Shown here: positions 1 through 12,107 of the stretch, in pieces
Position numbering within the stretch: position 1 is the first letter of the stretch
Layout: each line of letters starts with the position of its first letter
Source: Sphagnum compactum
Taxonomy: Eukaryota
Assembly (NCBI GenBank): GCA_965153455.1
Contig: OZ234493.1
Location: 5,952,001 to 6,016,000, forward strand
Length of the DNA stretch: 64,000 nucleotides
Reading direction: 5' to 3'
Notes under the pieces: generated by a model
The model's database searches: none
The model's input: the letters and a program-made list of their open reading frames with translations, nothing else
Told to the model about the DNA's origin: nothing
Program-made: the position numbers and the translations under genes

Positions 1-861
1 ATGTTACAACCATTGTTGACATAATATGGAATGGTCAAGTCATTTGCCCTTTATGTTGGGGTACTACTCCAGGCATTATGTTGCCGTAATGGACTTGCCA
101 AGTGTGGTCGTACCCAACATAATGCACAAGGGTGAGACCATTCCATGACATTAAGGTATGGATTGGTGGACTCAAAGATTATAAAAAATTCTTATTTCCA
201 CAGAGATTTTGATCACTATTTACAAGTGTCTGATCATCACCAGAAGCTTATGTGATAGAATGTGATCAAGAAAATGACATAATCTGCCACCCCAAGTCCT
301 TAATAATGTAAGGGGGAGGCCATCATCAAGGGCATTACTTTGTCCAAGGGCAGTGGTCCAAGTTCCTTGTGCCCCAAAACAAAAGAATGGTCTCTGGTGC
401 TGCCCTTCCCCTCTGGGATACATTGACTTAAGTTGGAAGGAACATCCTGGGACATGGGGTTCATGTTTGATGGGGGAGATGTTCATCCAAACTGTCTTGT
501 GTTTGCACTTGGTGCACTCATTGGGGTTTAATGCTTCATTCCCTGATCTCCTCCTTATTGGTGGGAAAACTAGTTTGGGTCCCAGTTATTTCACTTTGTA
601 AAATTTTCATTCCCAGTTACACGTGTGTGATGCCCTATTATGGCCTCTAATAGCACAACTTTGCAATAACTCTAGCAAACAAAAAAAAAGGGGGGAGATG
701 AAACAGATTTTCTTCACTTGAATTGGTCCATCGCAAGAGTTTCAACCCCAGCTTAAGATTTGCCTTATTCATATTCTTCCATTAAATCAACGACATATCA
801 ACAATGAACTCCTGCAAAGGTTGAGAACTGACACCTAGTTTCATTAAATGACTATATCTAT

Positions 862-1112
862 TAGGTAGGTAGAAAAAGATAACCATCATGGTTAGTTAGG
901 GAACCATATCTGGTAGGTAGGTAGAAAAAGATAACCATCATGGTTAGTTAGGGAACCAAATCTGGTAGGTAGGTAGAAAAAGATAACCATCATGGTGAGA
1001 TAGGGAACCATATCTAGTAGGTAGGTAGAAAAAGATAACCATCATAATTAGTTGGGGAACCATATCTCGTTAGGTAGGTAGAAAAAGATAACCATCATGG
1101 TTAGTTAGGGAA
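862..1112. repeat. 52-bp tandem minisatellite, ~4.8 copies
   Basis: Unit TAGGTAGGTAGAAAAAGATAACCATCATGGTTAGTTAGGGAACCATATCTGG starts at 862, 914, 966, 1018 and 1071 with few substitutions. Confidence 0.95.
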
Positions 1113-2821
1113 CTCTGGAACCCAGCAGAAAAAAACACTGTTTTACTGACCATTTCTCATTCATTCATCATGTTTTACGGAGCACTGGTGGGTGCCTGGT
1201 TCATTCCGGCCAATAAAATAGTTGGAACTTGGTGCTAGCTAGAGATATTATTAGCTTGGAATGCACCTCCCAACTTCAATCTACCATCAAAAGGCCGCAC
1301 AGATCATGCCCATCGTGCTCTGATAGGTTAAACCCACATTGCCATAAAGGGTGAGTAAAAGGTTGTTTCTAGGCTTTCGAAGGATGAAGATCTTTGTAGC
1401 TTTTCACCAGTGCGGTCATTTGATGATTGGTGTATAGGCTGAAACCAATAAAACGACAATCTGAAGCCCGATCCCAGAACCCTGGTTAAATCACCCTAGT
1501 TATATGAGGGGTTTATGCAACAAGTGATCTTCCTTTTGCTCGAGCTTGATTTCTCAACACCTGAGAATGCACTTCACTAGAGCAAAAGGCTTTTTACGTG
1601 GGAAGAGTGACACTCGGCATGTAGGTAGTGTGTTTTTTAAAACCTTAGTGGCCCTGGAGTGTGGATCTTTGTTGTTATCAACACAACATGATGAGTCAAA
1701 GAGCCATTCATATTCTCTCTAACAATATTATCACTCATGGGTCATAGTGCAAAGGTACTAAACATGCATTCGGTATGATCAATGGAGGAAAGTCACCTCA
1801 CCCAAAGTATTAGTGCTTATATGATGTTATATACGGTGCTATTATGGTACACCGTATCACCCACGACGGCTGATAGATAGGCCTGTAGAAATCAAATAAG
1901 TTTTAAAAGTGCCCTAAATTTGCCTTTGTTGAATTTGCCATCTACACCTATTGTGAACCCTTTAAATGGGCAACTTTCTGTAGACAAAATTTCGCTATTT
2001 CGTGAGATTTTTTCATAAAAGCTTGAAAGTGTGAAAATTATTGCTATGAAAAATTTCCAGTGTAAAATTTTTTTCAGCAAAAAAATTGACATTTATTAAG
2101 GAAATAAAAAAAATTTGGGGGAAAAAAAAAACAAAAAAACTTGTTACATATTTGCAGGCTTGTGGGTTGTTAGAATGCTTTTCCCACTTGAGCTTCACTT
2201 CCCAAAAAATTATAACTAGTTGTTAGTCCCAAGAAAGGACTTGTTTATGGGACCAATGAATGTTTTGAGTACATAGTAGGCTTGGTGGTACCACCCTATT
2301 GGGCTCAAGTGCAGTTTGACCACTTAGTGTATTTTTCACACCTTCTCTTTCCCCCCCACCCCCCCCACTAAACTTACAATCAAAGTACTCTGCTTCATTT
2401 TTGGACAAAGAGAAAAATGGCCTAACAATAGGTAGGAACAATGATATGTAACAGGGTTGTTGCAACCCCATTGATCTTCTTCCCCCAGGGCAAAATGAAA
2501 GCCATTGGGAAAGTTACGTCCCAAAGTTACATCCCATCCATGATGGATGAAGGTCTTCATCTAACCTTGTTCCCCAAAAGATTTTTTTTGATTCATTGCG
2601 TTCCCAATGGTCATTCCCCCCACTGCATACTAGGCCAAGATGACAATCTTAACCTTATAATTCACCGATGCAATCTTACCATATTGTATATTTCACCACC
2701 AACATCTTGGCATTGCAAAAAAATAATTCACCTCAAGAGTTCTAATGCATGGGAACAAGGAACAAAGTAATCAATCATCCACCATTTTCCGTCCAGGTAA
2801 CTTCCGAAAGTGGTGGGTCAT

Positions 2822-2879
2822 TTAGGGTTTTTTTTGTGGGTTTAGCATTTAGGGTTTTTAGGGTTTAGGTTTAGGGTTT
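2822..2879. repeat. Degenerate interstitial plant telomere-like (TTTAGGG)n tract
   Basis: Several TTTAGGG(TTT) units and variants in series. Confidence 0.6.
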
Positions 2880-4393
2880 GGCCTTGCCTCGTTCTTGGTT
2901 TGAGATTTTAAAGCGTAGATTTTAATTTTTGAAACTTTTGTATCTAGTTTATAGCCAACTTTGGCTAAATTTTATTCTGGATGATGGTCACTTTGGCTAA
3001 TCACAACATTGAAAGAAAAGAGAAAAAAAACACTGGGACTTGCAAGAGTTGGCGAATTCTCGTCAATTTGCCAAAAATATTTTTGAGAAAAAGATTATTC
3101 CGCCACAAATTCTCTGTTTTTGAAAAAGTCGTCAAAAAAATAGGAAGATTAAAAAATCGCCAGAAATCGCCACAACTGCCTATAATATGAAACGGGGGTG
3201 TATCTTAAGATTGTTCTACTTGTATATTTTGAATATCGCCAAATTTGGCTAAAATATTCTTATGATGATCGCCACTCGAACAGCAAACATCACAAAATTG
3301 CCCGAAAAAAAAGAAAAAGAAAAGAAAAACACTGCCGCTGATTTTATTAAAAATCCTATAATAAATTTACCAATGGTAACAAAAAAATCTTTTACTCCTC
3401 CGGTGAACGGAATCAACGGCAGTAATTTGAGACTGCAGTTTCCTGTCTGGTCTGTGTCCGCCTGCTCCTTCTCCCTCCCTCCCTGCCTCTTGCAAAAATG
3501 GCGAAGTTTCTTAAAATTTGGTCGAATTATAGCTATTGAAAATCCCCAAAATCGCATAATTTTAGCCCTTTAAACTTCAAATATATCTTTTTGGCTATAG
3601 ATATCTCCTTCTCCCTCTTGTCCTCCTCTCCCTCCCTTCCCTCGCAAAACAAAGCCGCTTGTCGTCCGCTGCGCTTTCGCAACGCAACGTGCAAGCTCTC
3701 TCGCTCTCTCTGAAGCTCTCTCTCTTTTTTGACGATGCTCGCCGCGGTACCGCCTTCGATCCGTTGGCCCCTGCTTGTGTTTGTTTTGGTCTCTGTGATG
3801 TGAAATTTGGCTGCATTTTTCCAATTCTCTTCCAAACTGGGTTCTCATCGTGGCGACGCAACGTAGAAAGCCAAGGGAGGAGCATAGAGAAACAACCTGA
3901 AAGTTTCTGTGATTTCTCTTTTTGTGAAGTCTTATATGTGCATTGAGAATTGCTTTTGGTGCGACTACGCTTGTTGTTCATGCCGCTGCATCTATCTGTC
4001 TGTCTGTCTGTCTGTTTGTCTGTGTGGGATGTTTTGTCTCTTGGACCGAAGAAGGTGCTCGAAGAAAATGCAGGAAGAGAGACTTGTGAGAGTTTTTACG
4101 TGAGCTTTGTGTGAAATCTGTACCTCCGGAAAGTCTGAGGGAGCTTGCTGAGGCGGTACAGTAAATAACAATAGCTGTAAATGAAGTGGATATGTTGGAG
4201 GTGTTGCGGCTGCTGCTGTTTGTTTGTGGAAGAGCAGCCACACAGAGTAGGACGGATAATGAGCAAAAGTCATACATGAAGACGAACATCAGGTCGCAAG
4301 AATAGGGAGAGCTAACGGGAACTACTGTTGAGGAGAGTCTTTTCTTCTTCGGCCTGTCTCTATTTTTGTGTTTTGCAGTCAGGAGGGACGGCG

Positions 4394-7114
4394 ATGGCAT
4401 TCGAAGTAGCGAGAGTGCATGGCATCATCCGCTCCAACATTCGGGAGGATGGAATCTGCTCCAAGGCAGCCGCTTCATCACCATCGTCAATGCCTGGAAG
4501 TTTTGTTCTTATTCAGGAACAAGGAGAAGCTCTGGTTCATGTACAGAAGACGCAGCAGCAGCAGACTGGGGTTGCAGATCGGTCTTGTCCTCCTTCCGGT
4601 ATACGGCGGGACGCTAGCTTCAGTGCTGCGTCGTGGTCAGATGTGGTTCCGTGTTCTTCATCGCTCGCGTCCTCCTCTCATGACTCCACAGAAGAGACCG
4701 AAAACGACGAGGAGGACGACGATGAGCTCCTTTTGGCAGGACTCGCCCAACATGTGGCGCAAACTATGCTCAATGGTGCCGCAGCCGACGACGACGACAG
4801 CGTCCTTCACACTGCCAGTGGTGTTGATGGGAAAAAAACTCACAACAGTTTGTGCACTGAAGCGAACAAGGTAGGCAATCTCTTTCTCTTCACTCTTGTG
4901 TTCCTCGCGTGTCCTGAAGAAGCAAGTATGCTTCCCTGCGTTTCCTTTGAAACGATCTTTTTCAGGGAAAAAAAAAGCCTGTCGTTTGAGAACCGCTGTC
5001 AAACTGTGGCAGGCAGCGGAGTCTTCTCCTCCATCAAGCTGGTCTAGTGGAAGCTTGTTGCAATGGCCGCAATCGGCGACAAGCAGTAGTACAGCGAGTT
5101 CCAAGGGCTCTTCCCGTATGTCATCGCAAGTCTCTTCTCCGCCAACAACTCCTGTGGAAGCAAAGCGAAGCGATGCGTGGGATTTACTACACGCCGCAGC
5201 CGGAGAAGTCGTTAGATTGAAAATGCACCAGCAGAAGAAGTCCATCATGTCTTCTTCTTCTTCTCCTACAAACAGATATCATCCGAAGCAGCTTCATCAT
5301 GTTCAATGCCAACAACAACAACCTCTGCAAGCACACTGCTTCCAGGTCCCTCCTGCAGCAGCAGCTCCTCAGATACGAACGCTGCCTGGCTGCGGCATTG
5401 TAGCAACAAATGCCCCTCCTCCTACGACTGGTATCCTGCAAGCTGCAACGATCTTACCTCACCTTAGGAACACAAATGAGAGGCGGGCTCCAATACATGG
5501 ATCATCAGCCTATCATCAGCAAGGCTGGAACTCTGCTGTTGCAAGAGGCGAGGGTCACCAACATTACAGCACCCATGTAAGGTTTTTCTTTGTAGCGTCT
5601 TTCAATATGATAGCATCCATGTAAGCTTTCCTTTGTAGCTTCTTTCAATGTTACAGCACCCATGTAAGCTTTCCTTTGTAGCTTCTTTCAATATAACAGC
5701 ACCCATTTGAACTTCTGATTAGTGGCTTCTTTTAATTTTGTTACATGACATGTTGGCGCAATCCATTCTGATTATTGAAGTCTTTTAGTAATCATTTGAA
5801 TTCGGTTTTCTGCATCAGAAGTTAGGGTTTGGGTTGATCTCAGACTAGAAGAAGAAGATGATCAGGAGCTGCTGGGCATATGATCTCTCATCTGCAACAG
5901 CACTGCAGTTCACAAGCTCTCAAACTCTGATCCTTTCTGATTCAATCTTGGTTGTCTCAGCAGCTGCAGCAAATGGCAATGGAAACTGGTGGGCCTGGAG
6001 CAGTGCTCGGGTTTCAGGCCAGGTCCTATCCTGTATTTTATCACCAGCAGCAAAGCTGCAGGCCTGTTGTTTTGCAGAAGAGTTACCAAGGACAGTGCCA
6101 ATCAGACAGGTTGGTTGATTACCACACTCCACAGTGGACCACTACTGCTGCACAGCGGGGAGGGTTAGGAATGAGAGCTGTCTTCTTGGGATCTGGAAAC
6201 TCTCAGCGTAAGTCCAGTGGTACAGGGGTATTTCTTCCTCGCAGTGTGGGAAATGGTGCTGAACTAAAAAGAAAGCCTGGTGAGTGTTCTGATCTCCATT
6301 GCTAAGTGTACTGGAACTGTAAATGTCTTGTCAAGATGGGCTTCATCTTCCCATGCTTCCGGAAATGTGAAAGCAATCCCAGGACACAGATTTTGTAGAA
6401 TATTTTGCCCAGATTTTGGGCTGATTATTATTATATATTCATTCCACTGCACTGTTGGCAGCTGATGAAGTCAGTGCGAAGTCATGGCAACTAGTCACTG
6501 CTATTAGTGATGGAGAAGCAATCAGATGGTCTGACACTTTGTGAGTGACTCTTATAAGGTTATGACCACGCTCGTTGTTATGGAGATTTTCTCTGCAATT
6601 TGGTAGATATGTTGAACTCTGACAATGTTCACCTGTTGTGGCTGGATCAACAGTTTGTTCAACTGTGCTGCTTCCATCACGGATAGTGCAGGTGTTAAAC
6701 CTGAATGTGGAGAATATGTGTTCTCATCTGTCCTTGCCTTCATCTTTTGCTCATTGTACTTCATACTCAGGCAAGTCTTCTCTGTTTGAGTCAGTTTCTG
6801 TGTGCCAAGGATGAACAAATATGCTTCAAAATCCTATTCAGACAGTGCTCCTGATTTTGCATGATACCTGGTGACAGTTCCTTCCCAAGATCATTGGTCT
6901 AACAGAAATAATTATGATGAATTGTGCAGATCACTCAGCCTCAATGCCTGCTTCACCGAGTTTTTCTTGTAATTTAGGTGTCTCTGCTATGGGACGCTCC
7001 AAACAATCATTTGAAGAGGGTTGGCTTGCCTCTTGTGGGAAGAGTTGTCCCCCATCAATGCTACGACAGAATCCTCAACCAGAGCTCTGCCTTCCCTCAG
7101 AGTGGACATACTAG
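4394..7114 (+). CDS. Plant-specific uncharacterised protein with GMRAVFLGSG...SGTGVFLPR, KP-CSTVLLPSRIVQVLNL and C-terminal LPSEWTY motifs
   Basis: Phase-consistent exons 4394-4870, 5013-5576, 5961-6279, 6654-6770 (GC donor) and 6930-7114. The motifs match a conserved land-plant family of unknown function (recalled, not searched). Confidence 0.85.
5566..5706 (+). repeat. 43-44 bp tandem repeat (~3.3 copies) spanning the exon 2 donor site
   Basis: ACAGCACCCAT|GTAAG(G/C)TTT..CTTTGTAGC.TCTTTCAAT repeated; GTAAG at 5577, 5621 and 5664. Confidence 0.9.
6340..6600 (+). mobile_element. Dispersed ~270-nt structured repeat, copy A (intron 3 of gene 1)
   Basis: Shares GCCCA..TTTTGGGC, CACTG..GCTGATGAAGTCAGTG, GTCATGGCA.CT.GTCACTGC and ACTTTGTGAGTGAC..AGGTTATGAC blocks with the copies at 13977, 14560, 20434 and 45335. 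Confidence 0.8.
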
Positions 7115-9027
7115 CTCTCAGAGCTCGGAAACCCTTAAGATGACATCTGTTTTTGGAGGGCGTGTTGTTTTGCACAGTTAAATAATTTTTGGAGATCTCA
7201 ACGAGGTGGAACTAGACACAGCAATTCATTGGCTTCAGGGAGCACAACAATGTGGAGTATTCTACTACAGCATAGAAGATTTGTGAGACAGAAGAGTCAG
7301 AGGTAGGTGCAAAGGAAATTATCATGACAACAGTGAGAAAGTTGAGAGGAGTAGAATCGTTTTTCTCTTGCTAGTCAAAAAGATGTATAGTAAGCTACCC
7401 TGATATTTTTTACTGAAGGAATGAGCCTCCTGCTCTGTACAGTAGTAGCAAGCAAATGGGCTCATGAGTATGGGTTACATTTTGGAGGCCCTTTTTTTTT
7501 CCTATGGGATATATATATATATATATACATACATACGCCTCTAGGACAGGACAGAATAAGTTGCATCCCTTCTTGGGAACTACAGCCTTACATTAATAAG
7601 TGTGCCATTAGTATATGAGCGGAAGTGTCTGGTTGATTGCTTTGGGTCTTTGCCTATTGCCATAATTTCAGTATATATCTGGCTTGACTCCAGGATTATA
7701 TTCTCAACAGGTTGTAATTTTTCTTGTAGTGGCTTCTATCAGCAGGTGTAGTGAGCAGTTTGTATGACGTATTTTTCCATCTCTGAATGTTTTCTTCATT
7801 TGTGGCTCAGCTTTGCAACAACTAACAAAGTATGATGCTACAACTCTGTTTGGTTTTTGAGATTCCCCTGAACTCTCAAGCTCTTGACCTACTTGGATGA
7901 ATAAAAAGGGCATCTTGGTAGGTTATGTACATGTTGAAAATTCAGTACAAGTGGGCTAAGGTTATTAACTGGTTATAAAATTCACTAACCGGATGGTAGG
8001 CTATGGATACCCAGGTTAATAACTCGGTCAAAACTCAAGCAGTGGACACTGGGTAAAACCCTAAACCCCAGTGTGTGTGTGTGTGTGTGTGTGTGGTGGG
8101 TGTAGTGAGAGCTTTGTGCAACCTTTAGAATGCTCTCTTTGTAACTCACAATTCTCATGCAACCCTAGAATGTATAGATGGCCATTAGTCGGACCTGGCA
8201 GAATGGCAGGTGGCATTCAGCCAGGTTTTACAATGGGCCATTATTTGACATAATTGTCGTTGGGACGCGGTAGGAACAATTTGCTGCCTTTGCACGTTCT
8301 ATGTGACAGATGAATTTGAAAGCGCAGCTGACAAGAAGAGGAAGCTTTGGGGTGAGGAGGAGCAGAATTTCACACCAGTTCATTACGCCATTCAGGAATC
8401 AGCAACAGCAAAATCCCAAATCTACTAAATCTTAAATCTACTCAAAATGTACATCTCTTTGTCACTTTGTGTGTACCACGTTTAATCTATACTACTGTTC
8501 AATGCCCCATCCATACTTCTCAATCCATTATGATAAGTCTCTGGTTTTGGTAACTTGTACAGAGTCCAGCCCTGTTAGGGGCAGTAAAGTCACATGGCCA
8601 GTGTTGGCTGTTGGGTGGTGGTTTTCTCTTTTTTTAAATGAAAGAACAGGTAGGTAAAAGGTAACCTAAATGGGCCTTCTTAGGAAAGACAGAAATTTGA
8701 AATTCTTTTGGGGTTTATGTGTTTTGTTCCCCTTTATTGTTCCCAATAACGTTCCAAAGGGTGTTCTCAATGGTACCCCAGTTCATTTTCATGTCCACAA
8801 CATTTGTTCTTTGATTGCATCCCCTATGCTTTATGAAATGTTCCTTATCTTGTTCCCTCAGTTCCCATTTTTCTTCTACATATGTTCCTTGTTTATATGT
8901 CATATGTTTTGTCAATTGTGCCCATGTTCTTCCCTCAGTTCTCAAGTGTCCTGATGTCAATCCCACTAGCCCCAATTCTTGTCTCCCATATTCCTTTGCC
9001 CAATGCCTCACTCTTCTAGCCGATGGA

Positions 9028-9126
9028 CCAGATGGAAAAGATGGCCTCAGTGGCCAGCTCCCACCAGTGCACCATCCAGATGGAAAAGATGGCCTCAGTG
9101 GCCAGCTCCCACCAGTGCACCATCCA
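9028..9126. repeat. Perfect 48-bp tandem duplication
   Basis: CCAGATGGAAAAGATGGCCTCAGTGGCCAGCTCCCACCAGTGCACCAT occurs twice. Confidence 0.95.
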
Positions 9127-12107
9127 AAAAATCTCGCTTAACCTACTTGGCACAATGCAATATTCTCATTTGGTTTTGTGCGTAGGTACATACATAGATA
9201 GATAGGTGGGCGAGTAAGAAGGTAGCTGGGAGTATAGTAAATAAGTAGATGGGGGAGGGAGTAGGCTTTTGTTTTTTTTTTGGCATAGGGAGGCAGGGGT
9301 GGGGTGAGGCAAAAAATAAATAAAAGGTTCCCAAAAATGAAAAAACTAAAAACCAAGTGCCAAAAGGGCTGAGGAAAGGAAAAGGAAAAAGTCAACATGT
9401 GCTAACCACCTTGGTTAGCACAGGGACATATGTAACGTAACTCAAATACAATTTCCACTATTTTCCGCTAACTAGTGAAATATATATGCATGAGCATTTT
9501 TAAAAAGCTTTTCACCAAAAGCTTTCCATCTACGAGTGATATATATTATGTCTCATTTTGCCCAAATCATCCAATTATTATTTTCTGCCATATCATCCAT
9601 ACTAGTTTGTGTAAGTCAATGTCTACAGATAACAACAGAAGTAGTTTAGACTCAAACTAACTTATGCATAAAGATCCATGGATGAACCTATTGCATGCAT
9701 GACAAGATTCATCCATGGTCATTTGATGTTTTGATACCATCAACTATTAGAAATCTAACATGACTTGCCCCCCCCCATCCAATTACATCTTGCCACCTCA
9801 TTCAAGTTATATGTTTATACAATTATTGCATTGTCAACCAAAACTTTAAAACATTTTATATGCATGAAAATAGTCCCACTTCCAACAAATTTACCATGCT
9901 CCAAATGCATGCTTGCAATAAAAAAATAAGCTTAAGAGCAGGTCCACACATACCCCCTTACTTGTGCCTCTAACTGATATTAATCACATCCAACATGGAG
10001 TGCTGCCCACATATCACTGCAATTGCCAACAATGAATGTTTGATGTACATAGATTATAGTGCGAAAAAATAGTGAAGTTTATGACTATAAAACATTCAAA
10101 ATTTTATGGAAAAAAAATTAACCACAAAGTTTTTTTAAAAAACAAAATTTGGGTCTCATTTGGATTGAACAAACTTTCTAAAAGAATGAAAATCAACAAC
10201 AAATTCCTTAACTTGGGAAGCAATCTCACAAGACATGGCAATGGAAGCTGTAGGTACCTACATCACCACCTTACAACAAACTCCAATGCCTTCAATTCAT
10301 GTTTTGACAATCAAAGTTAGGTGTTACAAATTCATAGTAACCATGAACTATGGAATTCAAGTCAGATGTTAGCCAAATCATTCATAACCATGAACTACAG
10401 AATGCTTTAATCTAACACCGTATCTAGTATCCTTATGCTTACAGTCTTATGTTGAAGACACTCCATTTCAATTGACCACATGTAGCAAGCTTTTACCCCA
10501 GCACTGGTTTGATGGCAACCTTGGGAATCCAAAATATCTGTTGCCACTACTGTACCAAAAACCAAAAACATGATGGAAATCCCATTAAGAAATCAGTCTG
10601 TAAACTCAAATGAATAAACAGCATATCATGTAGGAAACTTATCAAGTAATAACATAAATGAATGTTGCATCCAAACTCAACAAATATAAATGGATCATGT
10701 GTATTTAGACTTCATCCCTTTTCATCACCGACAAATAACTACACTGCAAATCTGATCATGTAAGCAAGAAAAACATATAATTTGGGCACGAAGCTAGATT
10801 TAGTGGGCATGAGTACATTCTAAGGTCTCTTGAAAAATCATTCAACAAGAATCATATCTTCTCTCTGGCCTTCCATCCTGCTGTTTTTGTCACAAGGGAA
10901 TATCAGGATTAGTTTCCTCATGACTCTACATAGGACTGGGTAGCCCATCACCATGCCTCTGCCCCTGCACAACTGATCATGTACTAGTACTAATATCTTC
11001 CAAGCTCTGATGCATGACCCACATTGAATCTCCTGCCAGATTGAACAAGAAAAGATCTAAGAGGGGCTGCCAGCACAGTACAGGTGCCTTGGGCAAGACT
11101 ACTCTTTGCCACTATGTGGCCTTAGGAAAGTCGTGACCATTACTGTTTTCAGCAAAAAATAGATAACACTGGAGGGTTATTAAAGAACATGGGCCCAAAC
11201 CCCCATAACTTTTGGCCACTGGCTATATCTGCTCCCGCTCAACCAGCAAATCCTAGATTCACAATCAAGGTATAGCCTTTGCTATGTATGGGGTGGAGCT
11301 GTAGAGTTCTGCTGTAGCAAAATAGGGTTGCAAGTTGAAAAGCACTAGCTTGATTCACAATTGCAGATTGTATGTACATCCATAGTTGGGGCTTTGCAAC
11401 TTGAGGACCATGCAGTGTGTTAACTTAATATTGACTGTTCTAACTCATTGGAAACAACCTTCTTGAGCTGACCAGCAAGGGTCCAACCATCTAAACAGTA
11501 CCAGATCTTAGATCGTCTTCAGGAGGTGAAAAAAAATATGACATTTGGTCCACGTCAATCTAAGTGATTGGAGTCCAACTAAATTCACACCACTCACAAG
11601 ATGGTGGCCACAGCCTTCTGACCCTAAAATCTGTGCCCAGTTTGGAACAAGCAAGACCTACAGTTCAAAAAGAGCAGTAATGGAGATAGCTGGCATTTGA
11701 GGTAAGTGGGAGTGCACACCTGAGTCTACTGTACTGTACGGGACCTGTCAGGGCTTCTTCAAGTCATGCCTGTCAGCTGCTGCCAGCAAAACGAAATTCT
11801 CTTAGATCATTCCAGCAGCTTATCCATGTACTTACACCAGATGCATTGTCTCTCCTTCACCAAATACCTATTTACAGTGTGATTTATTCACAAACTCAGC
11901 ATATACTACGAGTGCTTCATCCAGCAAGCTGTATTAGACTTTTGAAAGAGTGGACTGCAAACATTTCCTGCTCCTGAGAATGTTCAGTATGTCCATCACT
12001 CATTCCCTGAACTCTAGGTAAATAGATCACACATAGTGCGCAATCTCTTGACAATTGCTCTTGGCAAGGTAGCTTATCATCTTCTGAATGGCTATAATGG
12101 TCCTAAA

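Noticed and set aside
1-700. Possible decayed retroelement coding fragment
   Set aside because: No diagnostic motif could be read with confidence.
862-1112. CRISPR-like array (palindromic repeats at regular spacing)
   Set aside because: The whole 52-bp unit is repeated with no unique spacers, there are no cas genes, and the context is eukaryotic.
4658-5248. 196-aa minus-strand ORF, and similar antisense ORFs over the genes and pol
   Set aside because: Shadow ORFs antisense to real coding exons.
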